Assembly: GCA_038496445.1 (NCBI GenBank)
Contig: JALMLS010000056.1
Coordinates: forward strand, 124,001-188,000
Length of the DNA: 64,000 nt
Reading direction: 5' to 3'
Source of the DNA: Trichosphaerium sp. ATCC 40318
Taxonomy: Eukaryota; Protista; Tubulinea
Shown here one piece after another: positions 47,510-64,000 of this stretch. Every line of letters begins with the position of its first letter. Position 1 is the stretch's first letter. Under the pieces are notes generated by a model. It saw only the letters and a program-made list of their open reading frames with translations, ran no database searches and was not told the origin of the DNA. Position numbers and translations under genes: made by a program.

Positions 47510-49537
47510 ATGGGTGCCGCATCCTCTCACCTATGGACTGCTGTTGAGAGCTTCAATACTCTTAATCAAAATCCGTATTTTCGCGGAGGGCTTGGCCTTT
47601 TAGTCATTCAATTATCCCTTGGTTGGGTCGGCTTTACGTATGGCTTCTTCTACAGGCATTTAAAACAATTGTTTACAGTTACTGTAAGTATTCTTCATCA
47701 AGAAGCGATTTAACGCGTTAATTAGCTTTCAGTAACCAGCAGAGACTCAAACTACGAGTGGTTTCACGATTGGCTTCTAGAACAAAATTATGCTAAAACA
47801 ACGCGTGATTTAACGCTAGAGACAACATACGATAATGTACCGTTACCCCAACACTCTAAAAAGACCTAACACCATCTCTAGAGTATAGGTGATGACGACA
47901 ATCCACATAGATTTAGACTCGTACCTGGTTTCGGAGAGCATTTTTTCGTGTACAAAGGGCGATGGCTTTGGCTGTCTCGGGAAAACCTCGATCCCGCAAG
48001 TGCGTCCGGGTATTCTCGTATATCTCCGTAACTTACTCTTCTCCTAAAGCAACTGGTAATGAGAGATTACAAATAACAGCTCTGTTCACTCGTGATCGTC
48101 AAATTGTTACAGACTTGCTATGTGAGGCTGAGGCTTTAGCAGAAAGTAGAAAGAAGATATCAACTGAAGTATTGGTTTCACACCGTACTACTTGGTCTAA
48201 AGCCAAGACAAATTCAAAGAGGTAAGTAAATTGAAGGAACAACAAAAGTGACACATTTTTCTATCGGATTTTTTATTTTTCGATATTTCGGTTGTAGTCT
48301 TATATGTTGTTTATTATTTTCTAGATCTCTTGATTCTGTTATATTGCGCAGAGGTTTATCAGAAAGTTTGGTGGCAGATATAAAAAAATTCATGGCAGAC
48401 AAAGATTGGTACTGAAAAAGCTTTGGTTTTTTTTGTTCGTGTACATTGTGCTCATATTTTGTTTAGGTATAAAAGTGTTGGTATACCTTACAGGCGCGGA
48501 TATTTATTACATGGACCGCCTGGAACAGGTATTGTTTCACTTACTGGGAGCTTTTTTGTAACTTAATCATAGGCAAAACGTCTTTTGTAATGGCCGTTGC
48601 TGGTCATTTCAACATGAACATATGTCAATGTAGCTTAAAAAATCCACAATTAGGTACTTTATCCATTTTGTTCTGTTGAGACTTTTGACAAAATTAACGT
48701 TTATTTCTAGATGACGAGAGCTTGCCAATATTATTAAACAATGCTCCACCACGTAGTATAATCCTAATGGAAGATATTGATCATGCTCTTGATGCTCTTA
48801 ATGGTACAACAGTTTTACTATAAACCTATCTCACAAATGTATAGAAAAACAAGGATTGACATTATCAGGACTACTAAATGCATTTGACGGGGCGTGTAGC
48901 CAAGAAGGTACATAATTTACACTTATAAGTTATAATTCAATTCTAAAACTCGAACTAGGAAGAATTGTGTTCATAACTACAAACAATAAGGAGAAGCTAG
49001 GTGCTGCTCTAATTAGACCTGGTAGAATAGATGTAAAAACATACTTTGGATGTGCTGCTAGAGAACAAGTAAGACCACTCACTTGCCAACAAAAAAAAAC
49101 ACAAAAAAAAAACCCATCAAATTTTGACACATTGCGCAATGTGTCACATTTTACAGTAATTCTCTGAATTATTTTTTTTTCCTTCAAAACTTTAATTATA
49201 CTTTCTTACCGTCGCTCTAGATGATTAGATTATTTAAAACCTTCTTTGGTGAGGATCAAAATGATCTAGCTATAAAATTTTCAGAAGCACTTCAAGAGGA
49301 TACATACTCGATGGCTCAACTCCAAGTAAGTAAAACAAAATTTGGTTTAACAAAAAGATGAATTTAGAGCCCGTCTCTAACACATGAATAAAGGGTTATT
49401 TGGTAAAGTACAAGGATAGTCCAAAGGACGCTGTAAAACACTTGAGTAATGAGTCCTGGCTGTTAAAATCTAATGGAGACTGGATAAACACAGGAAAGCA
49501 ACAACCTGCAAGAATTTCAGAGAAACAAGGAGAATAG
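47510..49537 (+). CDS. BCS1: Mitochondrial chaperone BCS1 (AAA ATPase)
   Basis: NPYFRGGLGL, LVPGFGEHFF, GIPYRRGYLLHGPPGTGKT, EDID, TLSGLLNAFDG, RPGRID and SMAQLQGYL. Confidence 0.93.
49125..49146. repeat. Perfect 22-bp palindrome in a BCS1 intron
   Basis: TGACACATTGCGCAATGTGTCA is its own reverse complement. Confidence 0.9.
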
Positions 49538-49704
49538 AAAAAAACCAATGTACAAAAAATAAAAACAAAGCAAATGAGCGCTAGTGTAAGTAATTGCCGT
49601 TTTGACTTGTGATAAAAGTAAAAGTAACTTAGTTGTCCAGCTACTAAGAAAGTCAAAAGATTACTTACAAATTGCAGCAACAAACTGTTAACCAATCACG
49701 TGTT

Positions 49705-51366
49705 TTATACTTTAATATTACCAAAAGTCACTTCACAAAGTGCTTCTTTGTTTACACGTGCTTTTAGAGATAGCAATATTTTCCATAAATCACCAACAGT
49801 TTTCTTACTATCTATTAAGCTTTTTATAAAAGCCTCCATCGCAGTAGAAAATGACTCATCTCCGAAAGTATAGTACTTCAATTCCTTACACCTAAATTTA
49901 AAACAACAAGTCAGTTTTAAAATTCAAGCTGTACAATATAATTGAAACTTACTTCGCTTGTGATGCCGCCATTATCTGCAATAAAGCTTTAACAACTTTA
50001 TCTCCACCATACGCTCCACATCCCCCTGTTTTGGATTTTAATAGAAAAACAATTAATGAACTTACAGTGTCCTGTTGCAACTTTAACTCCATATTGTGGG
50101 TTCGATTCTAAAGGTGAAAATCCGCAATATAATTTATCTAGCTCACGCTCCAAGTTCGTTATCTCTAATTGAGATGATAGTCTCTTCGCATCGTCTTCAA
50201 TTGATGCGAAATTCATAGCATCTATTGCGACAATATATCTATTTTGCCAATCCCATTTAGAAGTGAAAGGTCCAGCAAACTTCAAGTCTAGGCCATATCC
50301 TTTTTAAGATATTAATTTCTGTATGACATTAAATCAGTATCCAATCTTGTACCTGTGTGCTTGGCAATACGTCTAGCTCCTTGCATTATAATTGTTTCTC
50401 CCTCTTAAAAACAAGATGTTACCAAACAAATCAGTATTCTTGCTACTGTCACGTACTGGTGAGTGTTGGACATACTAACATAGCAACATGTAACTCAGGA
50501 GATGTTCCAAATATTATTTCTTCTTGTGTACCACCCCTTGTAGGCATAAGAGTTATCCAAATGTTCAAACAAATTAAATTGTTTTCTTTATCAAACACAC
50601 CTGCCGTAAGCGATATCTTCATTAGCAAAATCTACTTCAACATATCCCTCCGTATCACCAATTTCTCCATTCATTGATACAACAACATTGCATATGGGCG
50701 CAGCACTCTCGCTCCACACTGGCTACAAAAGGAAAAGTTAGGCACTTATTTAAAACCTCTGCAACGCACCTTTTTTCCCAATGCATCAACATGCCTTCTG
50801 TAAAAAGTCACGTGTTCTGGGTTATCATTGAATCCATCTTTCGATATTTTCGAAAAGTATGCAACCATTGTGCGTAGATAAACATACACAGGATCGTACT
50901 TACAAATGTACCTTTGCTTTGATTAGCCAAAAAATTGTCTTTCAGTTTTTGTGCGACTAGTCGCTTACCAAACGTGATAATTGCTCCAATATTTCATCCA
51001 CGGCATAGCAGATAGTGTGCAGAAGAATTTATGAGCTAAAAGACAAGCCACTTGCTCTCTAGAAAATGATACTTTTGAAAAGCTACGGTTAGGTTCTAAA
51101 ACGCGCAAAATCCCTGCTGGGAATAACTTGGGCATCTTTGAACCCAATTTTGCAATTTCAGGCAACAGCTCTTTTAAAAAGTGCTGTTCTTCCGTTTTTG
51201 TCAAGTACTTATCAAGAAATACGCGAAGCGCCACTAATTCATCGATTTCATCATTGTGGACAGCATTTTCAGTTATACACTTTATTAGTGCGTCGACATC
51301 ATTGATTTCGCTTCCGCATCGTGGCCAAGAAGGACCTACAATGTGAACTGGCAATTTGTACTCCAT
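49705..51366 (-). CDS. PARG: Poly(ADP-ribose) glycohydrolase
   Basis: VACLLAHKFFCT, VDFANEDIAYGRGGTQEEI (catalytic QEE), IVAIDA, RELDK and ATGHWGCGAYGGD. Confidence 0.9.
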
Positions 51367-51584
51367 TACAACACAACAAAAATGACACGTTAAGACTTTG
51401 TATGACCACAGTAGCATAAACGGTTATCATCTGCTCGTCTGGCTATAACCTTAGTTATTAGCTGGTACCAAAGCCTTGAAGGGCTGAGTTCCCATTTGAT
51501 ATTCTATTAACGCCACAGTGTACATGCTTTAATTGTTTATAATACAGTTTTTTTTCGCCATTTTTGGTTTTATGTTTGCTTCTC

Positions 51585-53879
<2,295 letters not shown>

Positions 53880-54098
53880 CTTCCGTTTTACAAAACCAAA
53901 CATACAGTCCAAAAAAGTCGTATTTATACAACGTTAGGTTGCAACTTGCTATGTGCGTTGTAACACAGGTAAATACCTACAAACGCAAAATTCGTTTCAC
54001 CTACAAGCACGTGTTAAAACGGACAGGCTTTTGTTTACCAAGTGATTGCTTTCACGACGTAGGCAGTTTAAAAATACAAGTTTTATTTTATTTTACAA

Positions 54099-55026
54099 TT
54101 ATACATGATCTATATTGCTAACCGCACGCTCAAGCTCTTCTATTTCTGCATCTGGTGCGTTCAACGCACTGTGTATCTTACTAATCATAGCTTCTGTAAA
54201 CACCTTATCTACAAGCTCCTTATCCTGCATACGCCGCCGTTTACGCGCTTGTGAGAGCTGTGATACTTGTTTATAATCATCTTGAAGTTTTTTCAACTGT
54301 TCTGATGCATGTAATTCGCGTTGACGTGAATTTTCAAGCTGCTTTTGTGTATTCTTTAGCTGTGATTTCGTTGTACGAAGTTCATTTCGTAATTCAGCGA
54401 CTACTTGTTGGTTCTTGACATTCAGCCTCTCTATCGTGGCAGCGTGACCTTCCTAAATACGTTGTAAGCGTTGAGTGGCACGATAAATCAGGTGGAAAGC
54501 GGTAAATGGTACATTTCTGAGTGTGGCGCCATTTTCAAAAATGTACCATTTACCACTCACACCAAATTAGTTTCAATCGACTCTGCTGGTCAGTTTCCTT
54601 ATCAGAGCTGGTAGGTTACGAGAACCACAGACTTAGGTTACGAATAACATTAAATCAAGTGTTTACAAAATAACCACCGCCAGAGCAAGCCGTAGGTTTG
54701 TTGGACTCCCACGTTGGCGTTAAGAGGTTAGCTGCTCAACAAAGGAAGCGTCACAGCAAGATAAAACAAGGTTTTGCGCACGCCAGAGCAAGCCGCAGTA
54801 ATGTTCTATTCCCACGTTGGCGTCAAGAGGTTAGCGCACGCAAGCACTTGTATTGTTTACGAAGGAAAGTACGTGCCATTAATTTTTGTATACGTGTATC
54901 AACGTCTGTCAGTATAGTTTTAAGCGCAGGTAAAGCCCCATTTAAAGCATCACGAGTTTGGGTGTATTCTGGTGCGCGCAAGTATTCGGGCACGTACTCC
55001 TCTTGTGCCTCAACTTGATTAGCCAT
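54099..55026 (-). CDS. Hypothetical two-exon coiled-coil protein
   Basis: Exon 1 MANQVEAQ...IQKLM joins in frame across an intron of about 424 nt to EGHAATIERL...RKRRRMQ...IDHV*. Confidence 0.6.
54491..54563 (-). ncRNA. Intronic long hairpin (pre-miRNA-like candidate)
   Basis: GGTAAATGGTACATTT (54501-54516) is the exact reverse complement of 54539-54554; the stem extends to about 23 bp with G-U pairs on the minus strand. Confidence 0.4.
54678..54835. repeat. Two 55-nt direct repeats (54678-54732 and 54781-54835)
   Basis: 47/55 identity; conserved flanks CGCCAGAGCAAGCCG and TCCCACGTTGGCGTYAAGAGGTTAGC with a variable centre. Confidence 0.9.
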
Positions 55027-55256
55027 ACGGCGCAATCAACTATTCAAATTATATTATGACGGCGGGAAAAAGACCATTATTTTTCAATGTTGGTCAAAAC
55101 AGGCTCCTCTTCCGTTTATTTAGTAACTTATTACTTGTTTTGAACGAGCCACCGCCAGCACTATAATTCTGTTGCTACAGCGCAATTTAGATCACGTTCA
55201 GTTATTAGCGTTTAACTTTTTAACGAAACTAAACAGTACAAATTATCTTAAACAGC

Positions 55257-58200
55257 ATGAAGCTACATATTTGTGCTTTGGCACTATGTTTTCTATTGGT
55301 GTATAGTGATAGCCCTCCTCGAGTCCGTACGTAACTTAAAAAGTTTAAAACGCGCCAGCTATACCCGCAATAGTAATGCAACGTTGCACACGCTTCGGAA
55401 ACCGCATAAAAATTAATGCGTTTATTAAGTAAATCCACCTGTATTAACTACATGGGGGACAACCATTGATGGCGTTAATGCGGATTACACGATAACGGAA
55501 ACAAGACTAACTCCTAGAGGCGAAATAGCTCAACTAGGCACGTGAATTCCAAATACGCTTACTCACTTACTTACCCCTTACAGTACGTATCAACAAGGCA
55601 AACTTTGAAGAAGTATCCAGTCTCAGCGTAGGGAATTTATCCTTATCTCAGCCGGTATGTGCCTCGTTGTCAATTGCACAGAATTTCCACTTGACTTTTG
55701 ATTCGCTTATTTTCTTTAGCCTAGAGCTGCTGCTTCAGTTCTTATCCGCTATTCAAATGCTACAGGAGAAGTACTTAGTTTAGCACAGCTCTATTGTACA
55801 GCAAGTACAAATTTAAATGACACAGATTTTTCTATTGTCACTTCCATGACTATATCACGTGATGGTGATGAAATACAGTTACTGTTAATGTCTACACCAG
55901 GCACGTTCATACTTGAAGTTAACTTTTTGAATATTCTTATTGTCTTACTTGTTTTTAAGTTGGTACCACGTGCTCATCTGTGAGTGCATCTGGTCAGATG
56001 GTAAATATTACTAAACAATATTTAAATGGTCTTCCAACTTCTACGCTAGTAGAATATGATATTAACAGTGATGCATTTAGTGTAGTAAGTGAACAAAAAA
56101 AGACATGTTATTATCACAATACTTACTCTTTTTTTTTCTTTCTTTTAAGGTTGTACAGTTTACTGAGGTCCACGTAACTGCCATGACACGCGATACAAGA
56201 TCAGGGGCTATGCATATGGTTGGTATAACTCCTCCGTACGCATTCAATACCTTTCTACTAAAACCCGACCTCAAGGTACTAATCTTATTTATAAAGAGCA
56301 GCACAATTCCGACTAGCATTACCTTCAGGTCAAGTGATACTTGAGAATGTTTTACAACCACCAACACCAGGTGGATGTATGTTTGCAAACGGTGGGCAGG
56401 CTTGCTGCTTTCTTAATCGTAAGTACTATGAATTTTTGTTCAAACCATCATCTTTGTTATTCCTAATACCTATTTTTCCTTATAGCTTCTGCTCGGTCAA
56501 TGGGTGTTATGTTTGGTATTGATACAAGATTTGTTATTACCCTTAAGTATATCAACCTTTTCTATCAAGTATCCAACGAAACAGCATCTAATACAACCCA
56601 TGGTATTTCCCCTCAGGGTATTATATTAGATGGTGATATTTTAAGAGTATCTGGTGTTTTATCTTTCCCAGGTTGTATGTTTTATCAAGGACCCACATCA
56701 ATGGCAACTGGCGTAGAGCTGCACTCCGTTATCCCCGCTCCAAGTCCAATAGGAAACCGTGTTTGGACAGCAAATTACTTCGCATCAACTGGATTGTATG
56801 CCCAAGATCCTGATTTCATTGGAAGCGCAGGAACGTTTAATAGCGATTTCCCTGGCCTAGTCTTTTTTTCAGATTTACGTAAGTCCCTTTTTAATAACGA
56901 ATACACCCACACCTTTTACAGTAATATAACCAACCATGCGTATTCACACAGCACGTGTTGTTATATGGAGGATGTTGTAAAGATTGAATGTGCTTTTTTG
57001 TCGTTGTACTAACTTGTTTCCTAGAAAGTACCGAAAACGTTGGTGATTCGAAATTAATTGTTTCTGGTGCTTCATTAAATGGACAAAACGCACCTGATAA
57101 TCCAGACCCAGAATTAATATTCTCATTGGTTTCTCTTTTAAACGAGGATTTTGTTGCCCAGTGGGAGTTTGATTTCAATTTTTTTACTCAACTGATGGCC
57201 ACTGATGTTGCATCAGAAGACTCATTCTGGCTTGCTGGTCATACAGATGCCAATGTTGATATCAAAACCCAACCTGTAGTATCAGTAACAACCAATGGTA
57301 CCGGTACAGGACTGATATTACGTATTAATAGCAATAGAGAAACCCTTCTTGCTTTAACAGCTGGTAAGATAGATTCTATCTAAGCTTGTTGTTCTGATTC
57401 CTTATATAGGAGGCTTGCTTTCTAGTATCAAGATTGATAGTATAGTCAGTCTAGGCATTAATGATGTTATCATCGCTGGTACTTTCCGGGGTGCCATGGA
57501 GATAGGTGGTCAGGAATTCATTACAACATCTACCTCAATTTTCATGACAAGGCTTGACTTTGATTTTTATGAACCATTTCCTACTACACTACCTGTCAAT
57601 ACTTTCAAAACAAATTCAACATCAGAGATTATACTCATTAACGAAAATATTATTTTCCTTTTTGGTACGTAGCGTGTAGAACAAAACAAGAGCTGTCTTG
57701 CTTCCTACTATAAAAACAAGCCTATAGAAACTAAATATACATCCTTAGGTGACAACAGCACACTGTTTGAAGCTACTAATGTCAACGCAACCATAAATGG
57801 TATTGCACTCAACTTATCTGAAGCTAATTGCACAAGTACGTATTCCACTTTTTTGTTGTTGTGAGAAAGGAAAAAAATCATGTTGATACATAGTTTAATC
57901 ACGACTAATGTTTGTTTGCTGATCTAGATACATTCTGTTTTATTGTCAACGTCACTGACAATGGAAATATAATCGATCTAACAGCAACAGCGGATCAAAT
58001 TTTTGGTCTGACTACAACATTTACACTTGTACACGCTGGATTAGATGGTGGTCCATCAAAGGATTATTCAGTCTCTTCTTCTTTTACTATATCACCAATA
58101 CCAATTGAACCAACAGGTGGAGCAGGAGTTATTGTAGATGGACCAAGTGGTGGTTCACCAGTGATTATTATTGTGGTAGTTGTTGTGGTTATTCTTTTGA

Positions 58201-60091
58201 TAATTATCATAATTATCATTATCTTATTTGTCTGTTACTTTAAAAAATCTGATGGTGGTGGATCAAGTGTACCTATGAATCAAGTAGCTAATGGTCTAGT
58301 ATTTTTGAAATACTCAGCACTTACTCTCCAAGAACAAATAGGCACGTAAAAAGAAGAAAAACAAGACAGTTTTCTTTTTATTTCTTTTACAAATTTTCTC
58401 GTTTTTTTCGTATCTTTGTCCTGATCTCTTACATGAAATACGATGACTCTGCTTTACTGTTTTAAATCCATTGTTTTTCTTGCGCAACCTATCAAGAGTT
58501 CACGCAACAAGTATTTGTGTTGTAGACTAAGGGTAAAAAAATTATTATTCTTACTTGGCAATTAGGAACTGGTAGTTCATGTGTTGTATACAAAGCGTCT
58601 TATAATGGAAATATCGTAGCTATTAAATCTCCTAATATCAAATCCAAACAAAATTCAGCAGACCTACTCCGTGAAGCATCAATAATGAGGTAACCATCTA
58701 TTAAACTTTTCCAACTGAATAACACTCACTCTAATATTTTTTGTTAGTGCTATCCCAAGTCACCCGAACGTTTTGGCTCTTATAGGAGTTACACTAAACC
58801 AAGAGGTCGTGAGTCTAGTACTCGAATACGCCAATGGTGTCTCTTTAGAGGCACTATACAAATCAGCAAATCAGCCATTTAGTTATGACAAGATTTCTTT
58901 CTTTATTACAGAGATAGCTAAAGGTTTAGCACATATACATGCTGCTGGGGTAGTACATAAGTACGATTACTATTGGCGTTATTTTTTACCATCTAACCAT
59001 CCAATTAGAGATATTGCTAGTAGAAATATTCTACTTCATGATGATGTACCTAAACTAGCAGGTACGCAAAATCCATGTTTTTTTTTTTCGAAGTATTTTT
59101 GTTCAATCCGCTTTTTTTGCCATACGACCCTATTTGCTTGTGAAACGCGAGTTGATTTGTGAACACCTTTACGAAGTTGTTTACTTTTTAAAGTGTCTGT
59201 TGATAAGAAATAAAAACATCGTATACAATCTTTATCTTATACTTTGAGTAGATTTTGGGTACCAACATGATCCCAACAATACATCCAGCATGGGTGCGTT
59301 TGATATCAATTACATTACATCAACCATTTCTTATATTACATATAGGTCCTGTACAAATGATGGCTCCTGAGAACTTCACAGGAGAGTACACATACGCTAG
59401 TGACATGTGGTAAGTAGAAAATACCACAAAAAAAATCGGTTTTTTATGTTTGTTCACGTGTAGCCTTTATTTGACCTCTAAAAGAAATTTTTCTTGCAAT
59501 GGTGCTTAGATCATTGTTAGTCAGCATTGACAACAAAAAAGTTGCAACTTGTGGTTTTGACGTTTTATTTAGGTCTTTTGGAAGAGTTGTTTATGAAATC
59601 ACTCATCAACAGCCACCTTTCTTTACATGTGATGATATACCATCACTAGCAATCAGAATAAAAAATTCAGGTATAAGCCCTGATATTTCAAAGCACTGCG
59701 CAAGTGAATGGGCAAGTGTAATGGAAGCATGCTGGAAGAACAGTACGTCACCCAAAAAAAATTAAATCATTGTTCATCTGAGTCGTCTGACTTTTCTTAT
59801 TAAGATGCTTCTGAACGTGTTTCTGCAAGTCAACTCGCCCAAGAACTTGGTGGTGGAGATTATCCTCCACCTTTAACTCTTAATGATGCTGATAGTGATC
59901 CATTAGAGGTTGATAAACTTCCAAGTCATTATCAAGCAATATTCCTTGATGACGCAGAAGGTGCTTCAGATCCAAAACTAATTAAAAGTGCCGATTCCTC
60001 AAGTGCCCGCAAACCATCAAAACATAGCAGTAGCAGTAGTAGTGAAACCAGTGATAACGATGAAACAAACTACATGCCAATAGAAGTATAA
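55257..60091 (+). CDS. Single-pass receptor tyrosine kinase(-like), non-RD
   Basis: Signal peptide MKLHICALALCFLLVYS; large beta-rich ectodomain; TM VIIIVVVVVVILLIIIIIIIILFVCYF; IGTGSSCVVY, VAIK, HKDIASRN, DFG, GPVQMMAPE and SDMWSFG. Confidence 0.85.
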
Positions 60092-60429
60092 ACTAGTACT
60101 TAGAACAACATTGTTCACTCTGAGTGTCCATCAAAATAAATATCATTTAGCAAGTGACTTATGTTCAATGCAAGTAGGATTAGGATGTTATGTCACAACA
60201 CTAATATTCCTTTAGCATTGTACATATTGCAACAGCGTGCTGTACATCTGTGAACTAGAAACTCACCGTTATTTCACCTACAGTTCAAGAAGCAACGCGT
60301 TTCTGTGGCGGGGAATAACGTAAAGAATTTGAACGATTTGAAACGGTACAAACATGTAAAACACTTCATAAATTTAGAATACCGTTACAAAACAAATAGT
60401 GGACTTTTTTTTATTATTAAGGATAGTGA

Positions 60430-63502
<3,073 letters not shown>

Positions 63503-64000
63503 GTTATCGGAAGTTTTTGGAGTATTGAACCCCAAACTCGCGTAGGGTTTTGCCACTCAAAAACTTGCTGAGTCAGACGTCTGTCGCTTGGTAGTGATGA
63601 CTCTGCAATGTATAATTTCGGTGCAACGTAATTTGGATACAGCTAAAAAAGACCATAAAGGACTAAGAGTTGTACACCAACTGTAGTGTCGGTCAAGTGC
63701 ACGTGAAAAAAAACTGCACCTATTCTTGGTAGATATTTTGCCAGAACAAATGATGAGGTCATACACAATCTGGATACAAATAAAATTTGACATAGGTGGT
63801 CACCTCCAATGAAACGTATCTTGCCCATTCTGGTTTATATTTGTTGTTGGTCGCTGAGCTCGTGCTTTCTTGAACATAGGTTAGCAAATAAATGAATACA
63901 TACGTATCAATGCTCTACTAGGCGGCATTTAAAGTATTGTTTTATAAGTTCCTCACAAGAAGCCAGAGATGCTTTTGAGTAAGCCAATCAAAGAAACTGT

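Noticed and set aside
54678-54835. Direct repeats as a CRISPR array
   Set aside because: There are only two 55-nt copies, the context is a eukaryotic intron, and there are no cas genes.
55257-55268. Identical ATGAAGCTACAT (MKLH) start in the RTK and the peroxidase-GPCR genes
   Set aside because: The match is only 12 nt at generic signal-peptide starts, with no extended similarity.
55517-55540. GGCGAAATAGCTCAACTAGG resembling a tRNA D-arm
   Set aside because: It is flanked by a branch point/AG and a GCACGT donor, so it is better explained as a micro-exon of the receptor kinase; there is no cloverleaf.
63557-64000. Short ORFs at the window end
   Set aside because: I could not assemble a supported gene model; it may be the start of a gene truncated by the window edge.

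Overview
This is a gene-dense, AT-rich, intron-rich eukaryotic genome window with no prokaryotic features. Most introns are about 45-60 nt, with a minority of 100-420 nt. The actin signature ([18 protein letters not shown]) points to an amoebozoan protist (inference). I reconstructed about 24 spliced genes by eye, so exon boundaries and some starts are approximate. They are: a GH76 mannanase, an orphan, LanCL, two F-box genes, AP-4 beta, a small mitochondrial membrane protein, biotin ligase, an NDR kinase, a PTEN-C2-PH-C2 protein, a Zn2Cys6 factor, actin, a SIZ/PIAS-type SUMO ligase with a Tudor-like tail, a PH protein, an LRR-pseudokinase-ARM protein, a peroxidase-DOMON-GPCR fusion, TMEM260, a MORN membrane protein, BCS1, PARG, spastin, a coiled-coil orphan, a receptor tyrosine kinase and GFAT. 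The standout is the gene at 36581-41318. It encodes a signal peptide, an animal-type heme-peroxidase domain that lacks the distal catalytic His, a heme-type DOMON domain and a class C (GABA-B-like) GPCR 7TM domain, which makes it a candidate heme-based redox or gas-sensing GPCR. It lies head-to-head with the LRR-pseudokinase-ARM gene. Also notable are an unusually long intron (54453-54876) holding a pre-miRNA-like hairpin and a pair of structured 55-nt repeats, and recurrent GC-AG introns.
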